32,685 nucleotides of DNA from Rhizomicrobium sp. Lineage in GTDB: Bacteria; Pseudomonadota; Alphaproteobacteria; Micropepsales; Micropepsaceae. Shown here in pieces: positions 1-7,659 of this stretch (position 1 is its first letter; each line of letters starts with the position of its first letter). The DNA is taken from the NCBI GenBank assembly GCA_035497595.1, contig DATJDE010000297.1, positions 1-32,685 on the forward strand. Direction: 5' to 3'. The translations under genes and the position numbers were made by a program. The notes below the pieces were generated by a model. That model saw only the letters and a program-made list of their open reading frames with translations. It was not told the origin of the DNA and made no database searches.

Positions 1-142
1 CGAACAAGACCTTTTCCAGCGGTTTTCCTGCCTTTTTGCGCCGTTCGAGGCGGGCAAGCACTTTGCGCGCCTCCTCGAAAGGCCAGGCATGTGCGGTGAG
101 AGCAAAATCGCGGATCGTGCCGCCGGAGTTTTCCGTGGTCAT
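1..142 (-). CDS. lysS: Lysine--tRNA ligase, class I (5' end only; runs off the window)
   Basis: Not in the ORF track. Manual translation from ATG at 142 gives MTTENSGGTIRDFALTAHAWPFEEARKVLARLERRKKAGKPLEKVLF. AWPFEEARK...VLF(E) is the typical N-terminus of alphaproteobacterial class I LysRS. Confidence 0.85.
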   Translation of the reverse strand, partial: MTTENSGGTIRDFALTAHAWPFEEARKVLARLERRKKAGKPLEKVLF

Positions 143-197
143 GGCAAAGACTGCTTAAGCGATTGGAAAGGGCCGGAAAGCTAGGCTTTGGCAGGGG

Positions 198-1988
198 ATG
201 GCGTCAATGTCTGCGGACAAACCGGAACGACACGATACGCGCGGCAAAAGCGCGGTTCTGCTGGCAAGGCTGGGCCGCGGCCTGCCGCTGATGACGCTTG
301 GCATTTGCGGCATGGCGCTTTTGCCCACTTTGTTGTTGCTCAAAGGCAGCCTGGTGTCGGCGCTGACCGTGCCCTTTGTCTTTCTGATCGCCGCCGTTTT
401 CTATCACCGGGTCAGTTCGGTGCGGATTCTGGCCGAGGCGCGCCAGCTCAAGGACGACAATGCCGCGCTGGTCCAAAGCCTGTCCGCCGAGAAGCTGGCC
501 GCCGAACAGGCGCGCGATGCCGCCGAGGCCGCGACACGGGCCAAATCTGTCTTCATTGCCAATATCAGCCATGAAATCCGCAATCCGCTGAATGCGCTGC
601 TCGGCATGGCGCAATTGCTCGAACGCTCCGGGCTGGAACCGCCCCAGCGCGAATATGTGAAAGTGATGCTGGAGGCCGGGCGGGGCCTGCGCACCCTGCT
701 CGACGATGTCATCACGCTGGCGCGCGCCGATCAGGCCAGCACCGATGGCGATACCTGCGACGTGGCGCTGGCGGCGCGCGCGGTGGGCCAATTGTTGCAG
801 CCACGGGCCTGGGAAAAGAAATTGCGGCTGAGCGTTTCGGCCGCCCCTGACCTGCCCCACGCCGCCGCCGATCCGCGCCGGGTGCGGCAGGTGTTGCTGA
901 AACTGGCCGAGAACGCGCTCAAATTCACCGAGCGCGGCGCGGTGGATGTGAGCGTCGATCAGGTACGGGACAAAGACGGGCGGGACTGTTTGCGCTTTGC
1001 GGTGCGCGATACCGGCCATGGCATCCCGCAGGAGGTGGCGGCCCATCTGTTCGAGCCTTTTGCGCTGGGCGACAGTTCTTATGCGCGCAAGCATCAGGGC
1101 GCGGGGCTTGGGCTTTCGGTGGCGCGCCGGGTGGTGGCGCAACTGGGCGGCAGCATCGGCTTCGACAGCGAGCCGGGGATGGGGGCGACCTTCTGGTTTG
1201 TGTTGCCCAGCGTGACGGAGCGCGCCAACCCCAAAACGCCTTTTCTCGCTCTGGCGGGCGACATGCCTGCGCCATCAGACCTGCGGCTGCTGGTGTTTGT
1301 GCGCAAGGCCGGGCTGGCGCAGGAGATTGCAGCCGCTCTGGAGCCTTTCGGCAACCAGCTGGTGCAGGCGAATGATGCGGCGGCGGCGGCATTGGCTGCC
1401 AGCCGCGAAGGGTTTGACGCGATCATCGCCGAGGCGCGCGATGTGGAAGGGCTGGCCGCTGTTCCGGGGCGGCGCGTGCCGCTGCTGGCCTTGCTGCTGT
1501 CGGGCGACCGGCCACCTGCCAGCGGCGATGCGGCGCTGCACTGGCCCGCGCGGCCACGCGAATTCTATGGCGTGCTGCATCGGCTGACCGCGCGCGAGGG
1601 ATCTGCACAGCCGCGCGTCGCGGCGCCGGTTGCCGCGCCACCGATTGATGCCATGGCCTTTGCGGCGCTGGAAAAATCGCTCGGCCTGCCGGTGCTGATC
1701 GAAATCCTGCAATCCTATGTTGTCACCGCCGAGCAGCTATGCACCGCGCTGGGCCGGGCGTGTGCCGACTCCAACTGGGACGAAGCCGGGCGCGTGGCGC
1801 AGGATATTGCGGGGGCGGCAGGCGGGCTGGGGCTTGCCGCCATGACCACGGCGGCGCGCGGCTTTGCGCAAGCAACCCGCCAAAGCGCCGATGCGCACAG
1901 TTTGCGCAATGAGGCGCAGATCGTGATGGGCGAGCATGCGCGCGTGCGGCTGGCGCTGAACAGCCTTTATCCCGATTTGGCGGCGTGA
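198..1988 (+). CDS. Membrane-anchored hybrid histidine kinase (HisKA + HATPase + degenerate receiver + degenerate Hpt)
   Basis: N-terminal hydrophobic helices; H-box SHEIRNPLN; N-box LKLAENALKFT; G1 DTGHGI; F LFEPF; G2 GAGLGL; receiver-like segment FDAIIAE; C-terminal Hpt-like AQDIAGAAGGLG. Confidence 0.88.
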   Translation: MASMSADKPERHDTRGKSAVLLARLGRGLPLMTLGICGMALLPTLLLLKGSLVSALTVPFVFLIAAVFYHRVSSVRILAEARQLKDDNAALVQSLSAEKLAAEQARDAAEAATRAKSVFIANISHEIRNPLNALLGMAQLLERSGLEPPQREYVKVMLEAGRGLRTLLDDVITLARADQASTDGDTCDVALAARAVGQLLQPRAWEKKLRLSVSAAPDLPHAAADPRRVRQVLLKLAENALKFTERGAVDVSVDQVRDKDGRDCLRFAVRDTGHGIPQEVAAHLFEPFALGDSSYARKHQGAGLGLSVARRVVAQLGGSIGFDSEPGMGATFWFVLPSVTERANPKTPFLALAGDMPAPSDLRLLVFVRKAGLAQEIAAALEPFGNQLVQANDAAAAALAASREGFDAIIAEARDVEGLAAVPGRRVPLLALLLSGDRPPASGDAALHWPARPREFYGVLHRLTAREGSAQPRVAAPVAAPPIDAMAFAALEKSLGLPVLIEILQSYVVTAEQLCTALGRACADSNWDEAGRVAQDIAGAAGGLGLAAMTTAARGFAQATRQSADAHSLRNEAQIVMGEHARVRLALNSLYPDLAA

Positions 1989-2096
1989 GCTGACGATTGA
2001 GAATGGCGCGGTGGTGCGCGCCTGGATCGCCTTTGCGCGCTGCGCCCACCGGGGATGACATTTGTTTCTTCGTTTTCGGGGCACTTCGCTTTACCC

Positions 2097-4844
2097 ATGG
2101 GGGCGATGACGGATGGCCCTGCCCTTTTGGATGATTTGCCTGCGCTGGTGACCGCGCCCGGGGGCGGGGTGGTGTGTCAGCATGGCGATTGTTTGCGGCT
2201 GTCGCTGGAGGCGGCGCGGCGGCTGTTCCGCTCTGGCGATGTGCTGGTGGCCCATGCGGCCTTTGTGGCCGGGCGGTTACGGGTGCAGAGCGCGGGCTCG
2301 CATTACGATGTGCTGGAGCTGTTTGCCTTTGTGCGGCCTGCGCAGAGCTGTATCCCGAGCGCGCTGGGGCTGGCGCGGGCGCTGGCGTTGCCAGTGCCGC
2401 AGACGGCGGAAGATCAGGCCCGCGCGCTGAGCGACGCGGCAGCCCATTTGTTGCGCGAATTGGCTGAGGCGCCGCGCAAGGAAAAGCTGCAACCGATTGC
2501 GGCCTCTTTATCGCGCGGGGGCTGGAAGTGGGGGCCACTGGTTGAGGCAGCGGTAGGGCCGCCGCAAAGACAGGGCGGGCCGCTGGCTGGCTATGACGCC
2601 TGGCGCACCCTGCCCGAATGGGAAGACGATTCTGCCCCCGATAAGCCCGGATCGCTGCCGGTGGACGGCGATGAGGCGCGGGCGCGGCTGGCGCAGCTGG
2701 TCGGCGATGCGCATGAGCCACGGCCCGAACAAGGCGATTATGCGCAGGCTGCCAGTTATGCCTTTGGGCCGCGCGAGAAAGCAGGCTCGCCCAGAATCGC
2801 GCTGATCGAAGCGGGCACCGGCATTGGCAAGACGCTGGGCTATCTGGCCCCCGCAAGTGTGTGGGCGGAGAAGAACGGGCCGGGGCTTTGGCTCTCGACC
2901 TATACCCGCAATTTGCAGCGCCAGATCGTGCAGGAAATTGCGCGGCTCTATCCCGACCCCGTGGAGCGCGAGGAAAAGGCTGTCGTGCGCAAGGGGCGGG
3001 AGAATTATCTCTGCCTGTTGAATTTTGAGGAAGCAGCCCGGCGCACCGCGATCACACCGGGCCAGCGCAGTGTGGCGTTGGGGCTGGTGGCGCGCTGGAT
3101 TGGCGCGACAGCGGATGGCGATCTTTCGGGCCAGAATTTTCCGGCTTTTCTCGCTGCAAGCTTTCCGCTGTCGGAAATCACTGACCGGCGCGGGGAATGT
3201 GTTTATGCGGCGTGTTCGCATTACCGCACCTGTTTCATTGAGCGTGCGGTGCGGCGGGCGCGCCATGCGCCCATTGTGGTGGCCAATCATGCGCTGGTGA
3301 TTGCGCAGGCCGCGGGCGATGCGCTGTTGCTGGATGAAACCAATGACAGCCCGCCCGAGCGGCGCGTGCGCTATGTGTTTGATGAAGGCCATCATCTGTT
3401 TGAGGCCGCGGACTCAGGCTTTTCGGCGCAGCTTTCGGGCCGGGAGATGGCCGATTTGCGGCGCTGGATTCGCGGCCCTGAAGCGCGGGCACGCAGCCGG
3501 ATGCGCGGGCTGGATGAACGGCTGCGCGATATCATCGCCGATGATGATGTCGCCAAAACCGCGCTGGATGCGGCGGTGCAGGCAGCAGGCGCGCTTGCGG
3601 GCGAAGGCTGGCTGCAACGGATTGTGGGCGCAGGCGCCCGCGGTGCGGGCGAAGAATTTCTGGCGCTGGCCTATCAACATGTGCGCGCCAAAAGCGAAGA
3701 CAGCGATGTGTTTTATTCGCTGGAAGCCGAAACCCAGCCGCTGGACAGTGAGTTGCAGGCCGCGGGCCGCGCGCTGTCTCAGGCGCTCAAACGTGTGGCG
3801 GTGCCGCTGCTGCGGCTTTCGCAGGCCTTGCGCAAAAGGCTGGATGACAAAGCAGGCGAGCTGGAAAGTTTTCAGCGCGCGCGGATCGATGCGGCGGCGC
3901 GGGGGCTGGCGCGGCGGGCGCGCATTGTGTTGCCGGCCTGGATTTCGATGCTCGATGCGTTGGACAGCGATTGCCCCGCGGAAGAATTTGTCGACTGGTT
4001 TGGCATTGCGCGTGATGACGGGCGCGATAGCGATGTCGGGCTCAACCGGCATTGGGTGGACCCGACCGTGCCACTGGCGACCGAAGTTCTGGCACCTGCC
4101 CATGGAGCGTTGATCACCTCCGCCACCTTGCGCGATCTGGCGGAAGGGGTGGATGACTGGGTGAGCGCCGAAGTGCGTACCGGCGCGCATCATCTGCCGG
4201 AGCCGCCACGGCGGGCGAGTTTTGGCTCGCCGTTCGATTACGCCGAACAAGCGCGCATTTTCATTGTGCGCGATGTGAACCGGCGTGACAGCGAGCAGGT
4301 GGCGGCGGCCTATCGCGAACTGTTTCTGGCGGCGGGCGGCGGCGGGCTTGGGTTGTTTACCGCTGTGCGTGCGCTGCGCAGCGTCGAAGCCAAAATTGCC
4401 GGGCCATTGGCCGATGCGGGCATCACGCTCTATGCCCAGCATGTGGACCGGCTGGATACCGGCGCACTGATCGATCTGTTCCGGGCTGAAGAAAACGCCT
4501 GCCTGCTGGGCACCGATGCCTTGCGCGATGGGGTGGATGTGCCGGGGCGCTCTTTGCGGGTGGCGGTGTTCGACAAGGTGCCATGGCCGCGGCCCACGGT
4601 GCTGCACAAAGCGCGGCGCGCCCGCTTTGGCAAAAGCTATGACGACCTGCTGACCCGGCTAAAGTTGAAGCAGGCCTTCGGGCGGCTGATCCGCAGCCGC
4701 ACCGACCGGGGCTGTTTTGTGATTCTGGAACCGGCGACGCCGTCGCGCCTGCTTTCGGCCTTTCCGGCGGATGCGCCGGTTCGCCGCTGCGGGCTGGCCG
4801 AGGCAAGTGCCGAAATCCGTGAGTTTCTCGGCCCTGCCTCGTGA
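2097..4844 (+). CDS. ATP-dependent DNA helicase, DinG/YoaA family with Fe-S cluster
   Basis: Motif I EAGTGIGKT; Fe-S cysteines KGRENYLC and ECVYAACSHYRTC; motif II VFDEGHH; LITSATL; DGVDVPG; KQAFGRLIR. Start is uncertain (2055, 2097 or 2106). Confidence 0.92.
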   Translation: MGAMTDGPALLDDLPALVTAPGGGVVCQHGDCLRLSLEAARRLFRSGDVLVAHAAFVAGRLRVQSAGSHYDVLELFAFVRPAQSCIPSALGLARALALPVPQTAEDQARALSDAAAHLLRELAEAPRKEKLQPIAASLSRGGWKWGPLVEAAVGPPQRQGGPLAGYDAWRTLPEWEDDSAPDKPGSLPVDGDEARARLAQLVGDAHEPRPEQGDYAQAASYAFGPREKAGSPRIALIEAGTGIGKTLGYLAPASVWAEKNGPGLWLSTYTRNLQRQIVQEIARLYPDPVEREEKAVVRKGRENYLCLLNFEEAARRTAITPGQRSVALGLVARWIGATADGDLSGQNFPAFLAASFPLSEITDRRGECVYAACSHYRTCFIERAVRRARHAPIVVANHALVIAQAAGDALLLDETNDSPPERRVRYVFDEGHHLFEAADSGFSAQLSGREMADLRRWIRGPEARARSRMRGLDERLRDIIADDDVAKTALDAAVQAAGALAGEGWLQRIVGAGARGAGEEFLALAYQHVRAKSEDSDVFYSLEAETQPLDSELQAAGRALSQALKRVAVPLLRLSQALRKRLDDKAGELESFQRARIDAAARGLARRARIVLPAWISMLDALDSDCPAEEFVDWFGIARDDGRDSDVGLNRHWVDPTVPLATEVLAPAHGALITSATLRDLAEGVDDWVSAEVRTGAHHLPEPPRRASFGSPFDYAEQARIFIVRDVNRRDSEQVAAAYRELFLAAGGGGLGLFTAVRALRSVEAKIAGPLADAGITLYAQHVDRLDTGALIDLFRAEENACLLGTDALRDGVDVPGRSLRVAVFDKVPWPRPTVLHKARRARFGKSYDDLLTRLKLKQAFGRLIRSRTDRGCFVILEPATPSRLLSAFPADAPVRRCGLAEASAEIREFLGPAS

Positions 4845-4869
4845 CCTTAAAAATATGCGCCCCTATAAA
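4841..4869 (+). promoter_or_regulatory. Putative sigma-70 promoter giving a leaderless dcd mRNA
   Basis: GTGACC(4841-4846)-N17-TATAAA(4864-4869), then 6 nt to ATG 4876, with no SD. Confidence 0.4.
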
Positions 4870-4875
4870 TGGCCC

Positions 4876-6027
4876 ATGGCGGACAGCGGCGATACGAGTG
4901 TGAACGAGACCGAGCGCGGCGAAGGCGAGTCCTTTGGCCGTAATTCCACCGGGATTCTGCCGAGCCATGTGCTCAAGCGGCTGATCGGGGCAAAACGCGA
5001 GATTCTCGCACAGGAGGAGATGGAAGACGGGCAGATCCAGCCCGCCAGCATCGATTTGCGGCTGGGGCCGGTTGCGTGGCGGGTGCGGGCGAGTTTTCTG
5101 CCGGGACCACATGCCAAGGTGACCGACAAGCTGCCTTCGGTCTTCATGCATGAGATCGATTTGAGCCAAGGCGCGGTGCTGGAGACCGGCTGTGTCTACA
5201 TTGTGCCGCTGCTGGAGCACGCTGATTTTTCGGCCCGGGTGTCGGGCACAGCAAACCCCAAAAGCTCCACCGGGCGGATCGATGTGTTCACCCGGCTGAT
5301 CACCGATCATTGCCAGGCTTTCGACCGGGTGGAGCCGGGCTATCGCGGGCCGCTATATGCCGAGATTTCGCCGCGCACCTTCCCCATTCTGGTGCGCAAG
5401 GGCTCCAAGCTGAACCAGCTCCGGGTGCGCCATGGCTCGCCTGTGTTCACCGACACCCAGCTTCGCCGGCTCCATGCCGAGAACCCGCTGGTTCTGGGCG
5501 AGGCCGATATCGACAACGGGCTGGCGCTGTCCATCGACCTTCTGGGCGAGGGCGGAACGCGGATCGGCTGGCGGGCCAAGCGCCATACCGGAATTATCGA
5601 TGTGGACCGGCGCGATTATCTGGAGCCCGGCGATTTCTGGGAGCCGGTTCTGGCCAACCCTGCCGGGACCATGATTCTGGACCCGGATGAATTCTACATT
5701 CTGGTCAGCCGGGAGGCGGTGGCCATTCCCTATGACCATGCCGCCGAAATGGTGCCGTTCAACCCGCTGGTGGGGGAATTTCGGGTGCACTATGCGGGCT
5801 TTTTCGACCCCGGCTTCGGCTATGAGCCGGGCAAGCCGCCACAGGCGCGCGGGGTGCTGGAAGTGCGCTCGCGCGAGGTACCGTTCATTCTGGAGCATGG
5901 GCAGATTATCGGGCGGCTGGTGTTTGAACGGCTGACCGATCCGCCGCCTGAAGGCTATGGGCAGGGCATCGGCTCCAACTATCAGCGGCAGGGTTTGAAA
6001 CTCTCCAAGCATTTCCGTGGCGGGTGA
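4876..6027 (+). CDS. dcd: dCTP deaminase (long alphaproteobacterial form)
   Basis: QIQPASIDLRLG; NPKSSTGRIDVFTRLI; RVHYAGFFDPGFG; YQRQGLKLSKHF. ATG at 4876 chosen over the upstream extension that overlaps the helicase gene. Confidence 0.9.
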   Translation: MADSGDTSVNETERGEGESFGRNSTGILPSHVLKRLIGAKREILAQEEMEDGQIQPASIDLRLGPVAWRVRASFLPGPHAKVTDKLPSVFMHEIDLSQGAVLETGCVYIVPLLEHADFSARVSGTANPKSSTGRIDVFTRLITDHCQAFDRVEPGYRGPLYAEISPRTFPILVRKGSKLNQLRVRHGSPVFTDTQLRRLHAENPLVLGEADIDNGLALSIDLLGEGGTRIGWRAKRHTGIIDVDRRDYLEPGDFWEPVLANPAGTMILDPDEFYILVSREAVAIPYDHAAEMVPFNPLVGEFRVHYAGFFDPGFGYEPGKPPQARGVLEVRSREVPFILEHGQIIGRLVFERLTDPPPEGYGQGIGSNYQRQGLKLSKHFRGG

Positions 6028-6155
6028 GTTCGCGCGTAATATTATTGCTGGATTATTGACGTTGTTGTGACTTTGAATCCACACGGGCGCGCAAAAGGAT
6101 GGCCAAGCCAAACTAGGGATTGCGTCAAAGGTGTGTCACAGCACAGGTTACGCCC

Positions 6156-6260
6156 GTCGCCGGTTTGGCTTGGGGGAGTTCAAACAGGCGGTAAGTCCGC
6201 TTAAAGGGGGCAGTATGAGGCGGCTACGGCGCATATGTGCCGGCCGCCTCATTCATTTTT
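6156..6260 (+). ncRNA. Candidate small regulatory RNA, family not recognised
   Basis: Intergenic between convergent dcd and doxX. Hairpin CGCC-GTTTG..GGGGGAG..CAAAC-GGCG (6158-6190), a second GGGGG tract, then a 10-bp stem 6215-6224/6243-6252 followed by TCATTTTT. Possible promoter TTGCGT(6120)-N18-CAGGTT. Confidence 0.45.
6215..6260 (+). terminator. Intrinsic terminator
   Basis: ATGAGGCGGC/GCCGCCTCAT perfect stem with a further inner stem, followed by TCATTTTT. Confidence 0.65.
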
Positions 6261-6339
6261 AGGGCCAATCTCTGCCACGCGTGGAACGAAACAGCGCGTG
6301 CCACGTTCAAATGGTGGTTCTCTGCGTATTGACGGCGGC

Positions 6340-6759
6340 TTAATGGCCGCCTTTTTTCTTGCCCGAATTATCGGCGGCAAAACGGCCCGCCCCCATGCCC
6401 ACCAGCAGCAGCAACGCCCCCATCAGCAGCACGTCGCGCGAAAACCAGAGGAAGGCTTCGGCCCGCGCGGCCCCTTCCATGTCCCAGAAATGGTGCAGCA
6501 GCACGGTGATGGCGAGCATCACCGCGAACAGGGCCATGGCGGCCTGACGGGTATAATAGCCGATGATCAGCGCCACCGAGGCCAGCCCCACCAAAAAGAG
6601 AAACAGGCCGAACAGCACAGGCGGCGCGGTGACGTGCAGGGACTCGAGCATCGCAATGGTGCCGTCCCAGTCCACCGCATAATTCCAGGTCTCGCTCACC
6701 AGATACCAGCCGATGGCGATGCGCCCCAGCAATGGTGCGATAACTTCGGAAATTGACAT
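6340..6759 (-). CDS. DoxX family membrane protein
   Basis: Four hydrophobic helices; LLGRIAIG, IIGYYTRQAA, LLHHFWDM, DVLLMGALLLL..GAGRF fit the DoxX pattern. Start set at MSISE (6759). Confidence 0.82.
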   Translation of the reverse strand: MSISEVIAPLLGRIAIGWYLVSETWNYAVDWDGTIAMLESLHVTAPPVLFGLFLFLVGLASVALIIGYYTRQAAMALFAVMLAITVLLHHFWDMEGAARAEAFLWFSRDVLLMGALLLLVGMGAGRFAADNSGKKKGGH

Positions 6760-6776
6760 CCCCCGCCCCCGAACGC

Positions 6777-7061
6777 TCAGAACGGAGACGGCCAGCCGAT
6801 CGTGCCCACAATGAAGGACAGCAATCCGCAAGCGATCAGCGCCGCAAGCCAGGTTTCGCGTTGGGGAGAGCCCAGAGGCCGGGCGACCAGGCTGAACAGA
6901 ACAAGTGAAACCCCTCCTGCAAACAGCAGGGAAAACACCATTTGGGCGACCACATGGGCGAGAAACACCCCCGCAATGCCCGCCAGCGCGAGCAAAATGA
7001 TGGCGTACCGACCAAACTGGTCGGGCGGTTGCACTGCCTCCAGGCCATTAGACATTGCCAT
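6777..7061 (-). CDS. Small hypothetical membrane protein (about 3 TM), probably co-transcribed with doxX
   Basis: 94-aa ORF that is almost entirely hydrophobic; GGAGGGG SD upstream; ends 17 nt before the doxX start. Confidence 0.65.
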   Translation of the reverse strand: MAMSNGLEAVQPPDQFGRYAIILLALAGIAGVFLAHVVAQMVFSLLFAGGVSLVLFSLVARPLGSPQRETWLAALIACGLLSFIVGTIGWPSPF

Positions 7062-7230
7062 CGTTATCCGCGCCCCTCCCGCCGCGAATCACGCTACATG
7101 CAAGAACTATGACATATGGAACCTGGATGCTGAATCAGCATTTAGAACAAGACGTTATAAAGTTAACGCCAGAAGGGTGCGGGCGCATGTGTAAAGGCCA
7201 GCTACGCTTCGGCCACGAAACAGCGGTTAG

Positions 7231-7659
7231 CTAGGCCTGCCGCAGAGCGTGTTTGCGCAGGTGGCGGACAAGGGCCAGTTCATCCATCTGGGATTGGGAG
7301 CGGCGGGACTGTGCTTCTTCCAGCCGTCTGGCCTGTTGCTCGGTCGCCAGTTCGAACGCCTTGAGATCCTGATAGGCGCTTGCCAGTTCGTTTTGCGCGA
7401 CGGCCCGTTCGCGTTCGATTTCCTTTAGCGTCTCGCGCAGATTTTCGCGGCGCGTTTCAATCGAGCGCAGGAAGGACGGGAAGGCGAGGCGGCCAATATC
7501 CGAATCATTGGCGCGCTGGCGTTCGCGCGCGATGGTCTCATCGAGATCGGCGAGCTTGCGATCGAGATCGGCCTTCATCGCATCAAGCGTACCCATGCGG
7601 CGCTTGAGTTCGTCGACCTTGAATCGCTTCACGCGCAAAAGCGTATCGGCGCGTTTCAT
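7231..7659 (-). CDS. fliJ: Flagellar export protein FliJ
   Basis: 142-aa coiled-coil protein (LLRVKRFKVDELKRR...MDELAL) overlapping the fliI stop by ATGA. Confidence 0.88.
   Translation of the reverse strand: MKRADTLLRVKRFKVDELKRRMGTLDAMKADLDRKLADLDETIARERQRANDSDIGRLAFPSFLRSIETRRENLRETLKEIERERAVAQNELASAYQDLKAFELATEQQARRLEEAQSRRSQSQMDELALVRHLRKHALRQA

Noticed and set aside
4771-4875. Upstream extensions in the ORF track for dcd (and similarly doxX, rpmE, qor, trcR, DUF465, purE, rpsU, natA, tauD)
   Set aside because: They overlap neighbouring genes or promoters and lack family similarity; downstream starts with SD or promoter support fit better.
6028-6339. Intergenic region as 6S RNA, SRP RNA, tmRNA or a c-di-GMP riboswitch
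   Set aside because: None of the diagnostic motifs could be matched by eye; kept only as an unassigned candidate RNA.
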